64,000 bases of DNA. It comes from Actinomycetota bacterium. GTDB lineage: Bacteria > Actinomycetota > Acidimicrobiia > Acidimicrobiales > SZUA-35. Under the pieces are notes generated by a model. It saw only the letters and a program-made list of their open reading frames with translations. It searched no databases and was not told the DNA's origin. Below are positions 53,654 through 62,877 of the stretch, in pieces. The DNA is taken from the NCBI GenBank assembly GCA_039029735.1, contig JBCCFL010000019.1, positions 12,924 to 76,923 of the forward strand, read 5' to 3'. Numbering within the stretch: the stretch's first letter is position 1; every line of letters begins with the position of its first letter. The position numbers and the translations under genes were made by a program.

Positions 53654-56196
53654 GACTTCATCCGGGCGTCATCGGGATCGAACAACGGCTGTGACCCCAC
53701 CCGGGCAACGGTGACAGGGAACATCTCGTTCATGTACATCACCTGCAGCTTCGTGCCCTCCACCGCCTGCGCCGGCGGGAGGTACGACATGAGCAGGTAC
53801 TGGCCCAACGACGGAGCCATGCCGGCCGTGGTCACCCGGCTCACGCGGCCCTTGCGGTCCACGATGCGGTCACCGTCGAGGGTGAGGATCGGCTCGTTGC
53901 CACCGGTCATGTACCGCGTCCGCCCTTGGGCGTCGGTGTGGTCGTCGACGGTGAGCGTGCACAGCGTGGCCGCCGGAGTCTCCTCGTCGCGGGCAGCCAG
54001 GTATGCCTCCTTGCCCATGAAGTCGGCCTTCTTCACCTTCGGACGGGCGAGCCCGGCCTCCACCGGCGTGTACTCGCTCTCGAGCTCAGCACCCATCAGG
54101 CGGTACCCCTTCTCGATGCGGCCCGAGGTGCCGTACACCCCGATGCCGACGGGAACCACGCCGTGGTTCTGACCCTCGTTCCAGAGGGCGTCCCACACGG
54201 CCGGGGCCTCGTCCCAGGGGATGTAGATCTCCCAGCCGGTGTCGCCAACATAGGAAATCCGGAACGCCCGGCACGCAACGCCCGCGATCGTCAGTTCAGC
54301 GGTGGAGCCGTAGGGGAACGCGTCCTGGCTCATGTCCGCCCCGGACACCGCGGCGACGAGCGCCGGGGCGTTCGGACCCCACACGCCGATCGTCGAGATG
54401 TCCGTCGTCCGGTTGGCGAAGGTCACCGAGCCGTCGGCCGGCAGGTAGCGGTTGATCCAGAACTCATCGCGCCCACCATCGAAGGCGCCAGTGACGACGC
54501 GGAAGTGATCGTCGGCGAGGCGGAGGACCGTGAGGTCGGAGTGGAAGCCGCCGCCCTGGGTGAGGAACGGGGTGTAGATGGAGCGGCCGACGGCCACGTC
54601 GCACTGGTTGACGGCCAGGTACTGCACGTAGTCGAGCGCGCCCGGACCGGTGAGATCGAAGATCTGGAACGCCGACAGATCCACCATGCCAACGTTCTCA
54701 CGCATGGCGAGGTGCTCGGCCTCCTGGATGGGAGACCACCAGCGATCGTCCCACTCGGCGTCACGCTGCGGCGCGATGCCGTAGGTCTCGACGAGCGCGG
54801 CGTTGTGCTCGTACCACTGCGGGCGCTCCCAGCCCCGGGCGTCGTAGAACTCGGCGCCCAAGGCCTCCTGGCGGGAGTAGAAGGGCGTCTTGTGGTGGCC
54901 TCGCTCGCTGGCCCACTGCTCGCGGGGGTGGACGATGCCGTAGGTCTTGTTGAAGTGTTCCGAGCAGCGGGCGTCGATGTGGTCCCAGGTGCGCTCGTGG
55001 GCGTAGAGCCGGGCGATGTCAGAGCCCTCGGGGTCGCAGATGTGGGGATAGCCGTAGGTCATCCACTCGGCAACGAGCTGGGCGATACCGGGCCCCTCCT
55101 TCACCCACACCGCGGCCGCCGACCAGAGGTCGCGCACCTCGGTCTCACCAAGCACCGGCATGGCGTCGGGGGTGAGCGAGAGCAGGCCATTGATGGCGTA
55201 CTTGATCTCGGCATCGTCGAGGATGTCGCCCATCAACTCCAGCGCCTGCTCCAGCTGGAGATCGAAGTCGTCCGGGGTGAAGGGCATCTCGGTAGGCGAG
55301 AGCGCGGCCTCCTCGTTGGAGGGGATCTCCTCCGGGCGGTGCAGGATCGGACGGTGGGCGTAGGAGCCGACCTCCATCGACCCAGCGCTCTGCCGCTCGT
55401 AACAGAAGGTGTCCATGTCACGGACGATCGGGTACCCGATCTCGTTGTTGGTCTCCTGGAGGATGTCGATCGGGCCGACGTCGGCCATCTGGTGCACGGC
55501 CGGCGTGAGCGGGATCGTCGCTCCTGCCATCTCGGCCAGCTTCGGGCTCCACACGCCACAGGCGATGGCCACGGTGTCGCAGGTGATGCGGCCCTTGTCG
55601 GTGACCACTGCGGTCACCTTCGAAAAGCCGTTGCCGTCGTCGGTGGTCTCGATGTCGAGCACCTCGGTGTTGGCGAACACCTTGAGCACACCCTTGTCCT
55701 GGGCCTTCTTGCGCATGACGGTGCCGGTCTCCAGCGAGTCGACCACCGACACACTCGGCGTGTAGAAGCCGCCGAGGAGGATGTCGGCGTTGATGAAGGG
55801 CACCTTCTCCTTGATCTGAGCGGGGGTGAGCAGCTCGGCCTCCACGCCCCAGGCCTTGGCCGAGGTCATGCGGCGACGAAGTTCCTCCATCCGCTCCTCG
55901 GTCCGGGCCACCTCGATGCCACCACAGGTGGTGTTCATGCCCAGCTCTTCGTACTGGCGCTGGCTCTCAGCGGTGAGGAACGCCATCTCCTTGTTGTGGT
56001 CGACGGGGAAGATGAAGTTCGAGGCGTGACCGGTGGAGCCGCCCGGGTTGGGCAGCGGGCCTTTGTCGAGCAGGACCATGTCGTCCCAGCCGAGGTCGGC
56101 CAGGTGCCCGACCAGGCAGTTTCCGACGATTCCGGCACCGATGACGATGCACTTCGCGTGCTCAGGCACCGCAGGGGTGGAAGCCGTGTCACTCAT
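53650..56196 (-). CDS. Dimethylglycine oxidase / sarcosine dehydrogenase-family enzyme (FAD + GcvT domains, 848 aa)
   Basis: Contains KCIVIGAGIVGNCLVGHLA...GGSTGHASNF (covalent-flavin His context). The C-terminal GcvT-like part has GMVDLSAFQIFDLTGPGA...ISYVGDTGWEIY. Confidence 0.85.
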   Translation of the reverse strand: MSDTASTPAVPEHAKCIVIGAGIVGNCLVGHLADLGWDDMVLLDKGPLPNPGGSTGHASNFIFPVDHNKEMAFLTAESQRQYEELGMNTTCGGIEVARTEERMEELRRRMTSAKAWGVEAELLTPAQIKEKVPFINADILLGGFYTPSVSVVDSLETGTVMRKKAQDKGVLKVFANTEVLDIETTDDGNGFSKVTAVVTDKGRITCDTVAIACGVWSPKLAEMAGATIPLTPAVHQMADVGPIDILQETNNEIGYPIVRDMDTFCYERQSAGSMEVGSYAHRPILHRPEEIPSNEEAALSPTEMPFTPDDFDLQLEQALELMGDILDDAEIKYAINGLLSLTPDAMPVLGETEVRDLWSAAAVWVKEGPGIAQLVAEWMTYGYPHICDPEGSDIARLYAHERTWDHIDARCSEHFNKTYGIVHPREQWASERGHHKTPFYSRQEALGAEFYDARGWERPQWYEHNAALVETYGIAPQRDAEWDDRWWSPIQEAEHLAMRENVGMVDLSAFQIFDLTGPGALDYVQYLAVNQCDVAVGRSIYTPFLTQGGGFHSDLTVLRLADDHFRVVTGAFDGGRDEFWINRYLPADGSVTFANRTTDISTIGVWGPNAPALVAAVSGADMSQDAFPYGSTAELTIAGVACRAFRISYVGDTGWEIYIPWDEAPAVWDALWNEGQNHGVVPVGIGVYGTSGRIEKGYRLMGAELESEYTPVEAGLARPKVKKADFMGKEAYLAARDEETPAATLCTLTVDDHTDAQGRTRYMTGGNEPILTLDGDRIVDRKGRVSRVTTAGMAPSLGQYLLMSYLPPAQAVEGTKLQVMYMNEMFPVTVARVGSQPLFDPDDARMKS

Positions 56197-56326
56197 GTGG
56201 AGGTTCCTCGTGATGGCGTGGATTCGGATCGATGTGGGCGGAGCCCGATCGGCACCCTAGAACGGGGCCGGCTCGTCCACGACCATCACCAGGTGCGCTG
56301 CGTCATGAGGTGCAGTTGCCTGCCCT

Positions 56327-56363
56327 CTGTTCTGCATTGCGGAATGATTCTGCATCGTGGAAC
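56327..56363 (+). promoter_or_regulatory. Conserved 37-nt motif (copy 1) in the divergent promoter region between the dehydrogenase-etfBA operon and the lipoprotein-coxL operon
   Basis: The sequence is CTGTTCTGCATTGCGGAATGATTCTGCATCGTGGAAC. It matches copy 2 at 28/37 positions, including an identical 16-mer. It contains two RTTCTGYAT units 18 nt apart. An inverted ATTCTGCA unit lies at 56382-56389. Confidence 0.55.
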
Positions 56364-56487
56364 GACGGTCTCTGAGCGTATTGCAGAATCGCCACGACTG
56401 TCGAGTAGTAGGTGTCAACGCGCCACCGCGTCCGCCGCTGGCGCCGAAGGGCTCACGGCGGCATCCGGCGATCCGATACGAAGCGTC

Positions 56488-57060
56488 ATGGCCTGGGCCC
56501 GCCACGCTCTCCTCCGCCGGCTCGTCGGCGCACTTGCCATCGTCGCGCTGGTCGCCATCAGCGGGTGCGGAGGCGACGGCGAGGAGACCACCTCGGCCAC
56601 GTTCTGGGTGTTCCGGGACGACGGCATCCGCCCCCCGTCGCGGGGCACCGAGCCGGCACCGGACGCACCCCCCGACAGCGTGCTCCGCTTTGCCACCACA
56701 ACCACGTTCGGCACACTGCCCCCGCTGCCGATGAGCGAGTTCGACGGCGCGTACTGCGCGGCCCTCACCGAGATGTGGGAGCGAACGTTCCTCGTGTTCA
56801 TCGGCCGCAACACCGACGGCACCTGGCCCACGTTCTCCGAGGACCTGAACGGCTTGGCCGACGTGGTGGACACAGCCGCCGATCTGGCACCGCTGCCCCA
56901 TCGCCCGCATCTCACCGGCAGCGCCGACGACTACCGCCGCATTGCGGCCAAGCCGTGGGTCGAGGCCCAGTACGAACCGCTGTTCAACGGCGGAGCCAAC
57001 CTGGAGTACGCCACCGACGCCTACTTCAACCAGGTGTGCCTCGGCCAGCCACCAGGCTGA
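56488..57060 (+). CDS. Lipoprotein of unknown function (190 aa)
   Basis: This is the real 3' part of the artefactual 1044-aa ORF 53926..57060. ATG 56488 gives MAWARHALLRRLVGALAIVALVAISGCGGDG, which contains a lipobox. Confidence 0.6.
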   Translation: MAWARHALLRRLVGALAIVALVAISGCGGDGEETTSATFWVFRDDGIRPPSRGTEPAPDAPPDSVLRFATTTTFGTLPPLPMSEFDGAYCAALTEMWERTFLVFIGRNTDGTWPTFSEDLNGLADVVDTAADLAPLPHRPHLTGSADDYRRIAAKPWVEAQYEPLFNGGANLEYATDAYFNQVCLGQPPG

Positions 57061-57091
57061 CCCTCGCCGTTGAGCCCACTAGGTTGGCCCC

Positions 57092-59515
57092 GTGGTGGCG
57101 CACACCCCCTCGAACGCAGCCGACGCGCCCTTCGTCGGTCGACCACTCCCCGCCGTCGACCGAGCGCTCCTCGACGGCACGGCCCGATTCGCCGCCGACA
57201 CCGTTCCGGCTGCTGGTGCATTGGAGCTGGCCCTCGTACGCACGGCGCAGGCCCACGCCGACATTCACCACATCGATACGGCGGAGGCGCAACGACGTCC
57301 GGGAGTGGAGGCGGTGATGACCGGTGCCCAGTTGGCCGAGCGCTGCCGCCCTCTCGGCAACATCCTCACGGCGGACGCACCGTTCTACCCGCTGGCGGTC
57401 GATCGCATCCGGTACTGGGGCGAGCCGGTCGCAGCCGTGGTCGCCAATACCCGAGCGCTCGCCGAGGACGGGGCCGACGCCGTGACGGTGGACGCAGCAC
57501 CGCTCCCGGTTCTCGTCGACCCGGTCGAGGCCGCCGAGCCCGGAGCCCCGACCCTCCACACGGCGCTGGCCACGAACGTGGTCCACGATCGGTCGTTCAC
57601 CTACGGGCAACCCGATGATGCGTTCGCAACGGCGGCCCACGTGGTTCGCTACGAGGCGACCTTCCCCCGCAGCTCAGCGTTTCCGCTCGAACCTTTCGTG
57701 GCCTGCGCCGAGTACGACCCCGACCTCGACCGCACCACGGTGTGGGCCAACTACGGCGGCCCGCTGGCGCTTCACGCCGTGGTGGCCGGTGCGCTCGGTG
57801 TTGGCCTCGACCGGCTGCGGCTGGTCGTACCCGACCGTATCGGCGGGAACTTCGGGCTGAAGCAGGCCCTGTATCCCGCCCTCGTGCTGGTTGCCGTGCT
57901 CGCTCGCACGACCGGCCGACCGGTCCGCTGGGTGGAGGACCGCAACGAGCACCTCGTTGCGTCCTCGGCTGGAAGCCAGCGGGTCACATCGATGGACGGG
58001 GCATTCAGCTCCGATGGCCGACTGCTCGCCCTCCGAATCGACCAGCTGGAGAACACCGGCGCCTACGTCCGCACGCCGGAACCAGCCGGCCTGTATCGGA
58101 TGCACGGAACGCTGAACGGCCCCTACGACGTGGACCACGTCGCCGTCCGCAACCGCGTGGTACTCACCAACCAGGTGCCGAGCGGGCTGAACCGCGGGTT
58201 CGGAGGGCCGCCGTTCTTCCATGCGCTGGAGTCGATGCTCGACACCGCAGCGCGCGAGCTTGGGCTGGACCGAGCCGACCTGCGGCGGCGCAACCTCGTC
58301 ACGACCTTCCCGTACTCGTGCCCCTCGGGTTCGACCCTCGATCACAGCGACTACCGAGCCGTGCTGGATCGGGCTCTCGACCTGGCTGGATACGTCAGCG
58401 CAACCGACGCGGCGACCGCGGCTCGAACGGAGGGTCGCCTCGTCGGTGTGGGCCTCGGCTGCTCGGTGGAGAGTTCGGGCAACAACCTCGGGTACATGAA
58501 CCTGGCCGGTGATCCAAGCCTCGGGGCGGCCCGCTCCCCGCGGTCGGGGGCCGGCGCCACCGCCACGGTCGCGATCGATCCCTTCGGTGCGGTGTCGCTC
58601 CAGCTCGACAGCCCCGACTGCGGCCAGGGGTACCGAACCGTGGCGGCCCAGGTGGTGGCTGACGAGTTGGGGCTCGACCCGAGCCGCATCACGGTCCGCA
58701 CCGCCCTGGACACTGCGACCGACGGCTGGACCCTCACGTCGGGCAACTACGCCAACCGGTTCTCGACGGCCGTGGCGTCGGCCGCCGCCCGGGCGGCCCG
58801 TCGCGCCGGAGCCAAGCTCCGGACCCTGGCCGGTGCTGAGCTCGAGGTCGAGGCCGATCAGCTGGAGCTGCGCGACGGGCAGATCATCGACCCGGTCTCG
58901 GGCCGATCGCTTCCACTCGGGCGTCTTGCCGGTCAGCTCCATTGGGATCTGGCGAACCGGGCCGAAGGTGTCGGTGGGCCGATCCGGGAAACGGCGGTGT
59001 ACGCTCCATCCGAACTCGGATCGCCAGACGAACTCGGCCGGATCTCCACATCGTTCACATTCAGCGTCCAGTGCGATCTCGCGATCGTCGAGATCGACCC
59101 TGCCACCGGTGAGATCGACGTCGACCGCTACGTCACGGTGCATGATGCGGGCACCATCTTGAATCCCGGCTTGTTCGAGGGTCAGGTACGAGGCGGGTTC
59201 GCCCACGGATTCGGAGCTGCGATGCGCGAAGCGCTGATCTACCGGCCCGATGGGGTACCGAACGCACGGGATCTGCGCGCCTATGGCCCCGTGCTCGCCA
59301 CCGATCTCCCTCCGCTCATCATCGACCACCTCGTGAGCCCGTCCCCGAACACCGAGCTGGGGGCCAAGGGTCTTGGCGACGGCTGCGCCATCCTCGCTCC
59401 CACCGTGATGGCGTCAGCCATCGCCGATGCGCTGGAGCTGCGGCGGCCGCCCGTCCCTCCTTTCACTCCGGCTCGGGTGTGGCGACTGGCTGCCCACACA
59501 AGCGGAGAGCGATGA
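57092..59515 (+). CDS. Xanthine dehydrogenase/CoxL-family molybdopterin-binding large subunit
   Basis: 807 aa with a GTG start. Contains RIGGNFGLKQ (the GGGFGxK-type motif) and GLNRGFGGPPFFHALE. The typical C-terminus is ELGAKGLGDGCAI. I see neither the form-I CODH loop VAYRCSFR nor AYRGAGR. Confidence 0.8.
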   Translation: MVAHTPSNAADAPFVGRPLPAVDRALLDGTARFAADTVPAAGALELALVRTAQAHADIHHIDTAEAQRRPGVEAVMTGAQLAERCRPLGNILTADAPFYPLAVDRIRYWGEPVAAVVANTRALAEDGADAVTVDAAPLPVLVDPVEAAEPGAPTLHTALATNVVHDRSFTYGQPDDAFATAAHVVRYEATFPRSSAFPLEPFVACAEYDPDLDRTTVWANYGGPLALHAVVAGALGVGLDRLRLVVPDRIGGNFGLKQALYPALVLVAVLARTTGRPVRWVEDRNEHLVASSAGSQRVTSMDGAFSSDGRLLALRIDQLENTGAYVRTPEPAGLYRMHGTLNGPYDVDHVAVRNRVVLTNQVPSGLNRGFGGPPFFHALESMLDTAARELGLDRADLRRRNLVTTFPYSCPSGSTLDHSDYRAVLDRALDLAGYVSATDAATAARTEGRLVGVGLGCSVESSGNNLGYMNLAGDPSLGAARSPRSGAGATATVAIDPFGAVSLQLDSPDCGQGYRTVAAQVVADELGLDPSRITVRTALDTATDGWTLTSGNYANRFSTAVASAAARAARRAGAKLRTLAGAELEVEADQLELRDGQIIDPVSGRSLPLGRLAGQLHWDLANRAEGVGGPIRETAVYAPSELGSPDELGRISTSFTFSVQCDLAIVEIDPATGEIDVDRYVTVHDAGTILNPGLFEGQVRGGFAHGFGAAMREALIYRPDGVPNARDLRAYGPVLATDLPPLIIDHLVSPSPNTELGAKGLGDGCAILAPTVMASAIADALELRRPPVPPFTPARVWRLAAHTSGER

Positions 59516-61044
59516 AGCCGGCGCCCTTCGGGTACGTCCGACCCTCCTCGATCGAGGAGGTGACGACCATCCTGGCCGAGCGCGGCGCCACCGCATCAGT
59601 GATCGCCGGCGGTCAGTCGCTGATGCCGCTGCTGGCCCAGCGCCAGCGACGCCCTGCGATCGTGGTGGACCTGGCCGCAATCAACGAGCTTCGCCGGGCC
59701 GTGATCACCCCCGAGGCCGTCGAACTGGGCGCCCTGGTCGGCCAGGCCCTCGGGCCAGAGCTGACCGAGGCCCTCCCGCTCCTGGCTCTGGCGCTCCCCA
59801 ACGTCGGCCACGCCCAGACGAGGAACCGAGGCACGATCGCCGGCTCGGTCGCCCACGGCGATCCGCTGGCCGAGATTCCCCTGGCACTGCTGGTGGGCGG
59901 AGGGGAGGTGGAACTCGCCTCGGCGCGCGGGCGGCGCCGCGTCCCGATCGACGCCTTCCTCGACCGGGCGTTCGCTCCGGCACGCATGGACGACGAGTTG
60001 GTCGTGGCAACCCACTGGGCCCGGCCGAGCCCCGGCGCCGGACATGCGTTTCTCGAGATCACGTCGGGCACTACCGTGGCGGCAGCAGCCGCGGTCGTGA
60101 CGGTCGACAACGGGCAGGTGACCTCGGCTCGGGTCGGGGTGATCGGTCCTGGTGAGCGTCCTGTGTGCATGGGGGTGGGCACCGCGCCGGCGGTCGATCC
60201 GACCAGCCGAGCTCGGGGTGAGGCGGTGGAACTGGCCGCAGCACGGCAACATGAAGAGGTCCTCGCGTTGAGCCACCAGCTGGCGACGCGCCTCGTCGAT
60301 GGCGTGGTGTTCGTCGATGATGCGGCGTCGGACCCCGAGCACCGGCGAGCAGTGGCAATCGAGCTGGCAATCCGGGCACTCGTGGCCGCCGTCGCCGACA
60401 GTGCGGATCGCGGCGCTGAGGCCAATGCAGCCCGCAACGCACCTGATCCGCCACTTGCTCCGGGCGAGGCGCTCGGCGCCGATGGACACCGGCCGCGCAG
60501 CCCAGCATTCGACGAAGCGGTGGAGATCGATCCCGCCCAGCGTGTTGCCGTGACCCTCGACGTCGACGGCCGAGCGCACGCCACGGTGATCGAACCGCGA
60601 ACGAGTCTGACTGACGCCCTTCGTGAGGTGGGCGTGACCGGAGTGAAGGTCGGCTGCGAACAGGGCGTGTGTGGCTCGTGCACCGTGCTGCTGGACGGGA
60701 CGAGTCAGCGCTCGTGCCTCGTGCTGGCCGTCCAGGTCGACGGCGTCGAGATCACCACTGCGGCGGGGCTGACGGCACCAATCGAGGAGTTGCGCACGGC
60801 GTTCGTCGACCACTTCGCGGTGCAATGCGGCTTCTGCGCGTCCGGCGTGTTGGTCACCGCCGCAGCCGAGCTCGCCGAGCGCCAACGCGCCGGAACGCTC
60901 GACAGCCTCGACCGGCCGACGATCTCCCGCTTGTTGTCCGGCAACGTCTGTCGCTGCACGGGCTACGCCTCGATGGTGACCGCCATCGAACAGGCGGCCG
61001 AGCGCCTGGGCGCCGCATCCGCCCACCCGACCTCGGACCCCTGA
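59512..61044 (+). CDS. Fused CoxM-like FAD-binding subunit and CoxS-like [2Fe-2S] subunit (510 aa)
   Basis: ATG 59512 is ATGA-coupled to the large-subunit stop. The N-terminus is MKPAPFGYVRPSSIEEVTTILAERGATASVIAGGQSLMPLL. The C-terminus is ...GCEQGVCGSCTVLLDG...QCGFCASG...CRCTGY. Confidence 0.75.
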   Translation: MKPAPFGYVRPSSIEEVTTILAERGATASVIAGGQSLMPLLAQRQRRPAIVVDLAAINELRRAVITPEAVELGALVGQALGPELTEALPLLALALPNVGHAQTRNRGTIAGSVAHGDPLAEIPLALLVGGGEVELASARGRRRVPIDAFLDRAFAPARMDDELVVATHWARPSPGAGHAFLEITSGTTVAAAAAVVTVDNGQVTSARVGVIGPGERPVCMGVGTAPAVDPTSRARGEAVELAAARQHEEVLALSHQLATRLVDGVVFVDDAASDPEHRRAVAIELAIRALVAAVADSADRGAEANAARNAPDPPLAPGEALGADGHRPRSPAFDEAVEIDPAQRVAVTLDVDGRAHATVIEPRTSLTDALREVGVTGVKVGCEQGVCGSCTVLLDGTSQRSCLVLAVQVDGVEITTAAGLTAPIEELRTAFVDHFAVQCGFCASGVLVTAAAELAERQRAGTLDSLDRPTISRLLSGNVCRCTGYASMVTAIEQAAERLGAASAHPTSDP

Positions 61045-61091
61045 CCCCTCGTGGTTCGAGATCTGCCCCGTGCCTCTGTACCCGGGCGAAC

Positions 61092-61128
61092 CTGTTCTGT
61101 ATGATGGGCCAGTTCTGCATCGTGGAAC
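61092..61128 (+). promoter_or_regulatory. Conserved 37-nt motif (copy 2), 52 nt upstream of fhs
   Basis: The sequence is CTGTTCTGTATGATGGGCCAGTTCTGCATCGTGGAAC. It has the same orientation and the same 18-nt unit spacing as copy 1. Confidence 0.55.
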
Positions 61129-61179
61129 AGTCTTGATCAGCCAGGGACCTCTGATCCCCGAACCCGGAAGCAGCCGCGA

Positions 61180-62877
61180 ATGCCTTTCCCCAGCGACCTC
61201 GAGATCGCCACCGGTGCCAACCTGCAATCGATCCCCGAGATTGCCGACCGCGCCGGTATCCCTGCTGAGCACCTCGAGCCCTACGGTTCGGGCGCGGCGA
61301 AGATCTCGCTCGACGCCGTCGAGGCCATGTCCGACCGCCCTGACGCCCGCTACGTGGTGGTCACGGCGATCACCCCCACCCCTCTCGGCGAGGGCAAGAC
61401 CACCACCACCGTCGGCCTGGGTCAGGGCTTCAGCCACATCGGCAAGAACGCCACGATCGCAATCCGCCAGCCCTCGATGGGCCCGACCTTCGGCATCAAG
61501 GGTGGCGCCGCCGGTGGCGGCTACAGCCAGGTGGTGCCGATGGAGCTGCTCAACCTCCATCTCACCGGCGACATGCACGCCGTGACCGCGGCCCACAACC
61601 TCTGCTCGGCGATGCTCGACGCCCACCTCTACCACGGCAATACCGCCGGGTTCGACATGCACAACATCACATGGCGCCGCGTGGTCGACGTGAACGACCG
61701 GGCGCTGCGCAACATCGTGGTGGGCATGGGTGGCCGCCTCGACGGCATCCCCCGTGAGACCGGGTTCGACATCACCGCCGCCTCCGAGGTGATGGCCGCC
61801 CTGGCCCTGTGCACCTCGCTCCAGGATCTCCGGGCCCGGATGGGGCGCATCGTGCTCGGCTACACCAAGAGCGGAGACCCGATCACCGCCGAGGAGATCG
61901 GCGCCGCCGGGGCCATGACCGTGATCCTGCGCGAGGCCATCAAGCCCAACCTGATGCAAACGCTGGAGAACACACCGGCCCTGGTCCACACCGGCCCCTT
62001 CGGCAACATCGCCACGGGCAACTCGTCGATCGTGGCCGACATGGTGGGCATCAAGTCGGGCGACTTCCTGATCACCGAGGCCGGCTTCGGGGCCGACATG
62101 GGCGCCGAGCGCTTCTTCAACATCAAGTGCCGCAACTCGGGCCTCACCCCGGATGCCGCCGTGGTGGTCGCCACCGTGCGCGGCCTCAAGGCGCACTCCG
62201 GCAACCACAAGATCGTGGCCGGCAAGCCGCTGCCCGATGCCCTCCTCGCCCAGAACCCCGACGAGGTGCACCAGGGCGGCGACAACCTGCGCAAGCAGCT
62301 CGAGAACATGAAGATCCACGGCGTGACCCCCGTGGTGGCGATCAACATCTTCCCCGGCGACCACGAGGGCGACATCGCCGCCATCGGTGAGATCGCCGAG
62401 GAGTACGGGGCCCGCTGGGCCCGGGCCACCCACTTCGCCGACGGGGGCAAGGGGGCAGCCGAGCTCGCAACGGCAGTGGCCGAGGCCGCCGAGGAGCCGA
62501 GCAACTTCGCCGTGCTCTACCCCGACGACGCCCCGCTCACCACCAAGATCGAGACCGTGGCGGAGAAGGTCTACGGCGCCGACGGCGTTGACTACTCCCC
62601 GACGGCCACCAAGCAACTCGCCACCTACACCGCAGCCGGATTCGACAACCTTCCGGTGTGCATCGCCAAGACCCACCTGTCGATCTCGTCCGACGCCAAA
62701 CTCAAGGGCGCCCCAACGGGCTGGCGTCTGCCCGTGCGCGAGGTGCGCGCCTCGGTTGGTGCCGGCTTCGTCTACCCGATCTGCGGCGACATGCGCACGA
62801 TGCCCGGCCTCGGCACCGCCCCGGCTGCGCTCGGTATCGACATCGACGCCAACGGCGACATCGTGGGGCTCAGCTGA
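61180..62877 (+). CDS. fhs: Formate--tetrahydrofolate ligase
   Basis: Contains VVVTAITPTPLGEGKTTTTVGL...IRQPSMGPTFGIKGGAAGGGYSQV...NLHLTGDMHA. Confidence 0.95.
   Translation: MPFPSDLEIATGANLQSIPEIADRAGIPAEHLEPYGSGAAKISLDAVEAMSDRPDARYVVVTAITPTPLGEGKTTTTVGLGQGFSHIGKNATIAIRQPSMGPTFGIKGGAAGGGYSQVVPMELLNLHLTGDMHAVTAAHNLCSAMLDAHLYHGNTAGFDMHNITWRRVVDVNDRALRNIVVGMGGRLDGIPRETGFDITAASEVMAALALCTSLQDLRARMGRIVLGYTKSGDPITAEEIGAAGAMTVILREAIKPNLMQTLENTPALVHTGPFGNIATGNSSIVADMVGIKSGDFLITEAGFGADMGAERFFNIKCRNSGLTPDAAVVVATVRGLKAHSGNHKIVAGKPLPDALLAQNPDEVHQGGDNLRKQLENMKIHGVTPVVAINIFPGDHEGDIAAIGEIAEEYGARWARATHFADGGKGAAELATAVAEAAEEPSNFAVLYPDDAPLTTKIETVAEKVYGADGVDYSPTATKQLATYTAAGFDNLPVCIAKTHLSISSDAKLKGAPTGWRLPVREVRASVGAGFVYPICGDMRTMPGLGTAPAALGIDIDANGDIVGLS

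Noticed and set aside
56359-56363. The GGAAC at the end of the shared motif as an ECF-sigma -35 box, with a matching -10 (GTT/CGT) 16-18 nt downstream.
   Set aside because: The downstream sequences at the expected spacing differ between the copies. They read ...tattgc at 56382, ...ggacct at 61147 and ...acaatc upstream of the FDH operon. None is a convincing -10. I mention this only as an alternative explanation in the finding.
56430-56470. GGCGCCGAAGGGCTCACGG resembling the ACCGAAGGGGCAA core of a glycine riboswitch, upstream of the lipoprotein-coxL operon.
   Set aside because: The other conserved elements are not present on either strand. These are the CTCTGGAGAG 5' core, the second aptamer, and the CTCAGGCAAAAGGAC segment.
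53926-57060. 1044-aa ORF on the plus strand, the longest entry in the ORF track.
   Set aside because: Most of it is antisense to the well-supported 848-aa FAD/GcvT dehydrogenase gene (53650..56196). Its translation is Gly/Arg/His/Val-rich low-complexity sequence typical of high-GC antisense frames. Only its last 573 nt (56488..57060) encode a plausible lipoprotein.
61045-61179. ZTP (pfl) or THF riboswitch upstream of fhs.
   Set aside because: The conserved ZTP strings (GGGTCGTGACTGGCG ... CCGCCTGGGCA) are absent. Only ACCCGGGCGAACC and GCCAGGGAC loosely resemble them.
59596-62676. 1026-aa minus-strand ORF, plus similar long ORFs: 28663..30714(+), 30438..32432(+), 32014..33960(-), 57674..59329(-), 17511..19538(+), 319..1935(+), 2992..4449(+).
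   Set aside because: All are antisense or out of frame to genes with clear family motifs (fhs, CoxM/S, NuoEF, FDH, proS, CoxL, sbcD/herA, and the giant surface protein). All have Arg/Gly/His/Pro-rich composition. They are stop-codon-poor artefacts of high GC.
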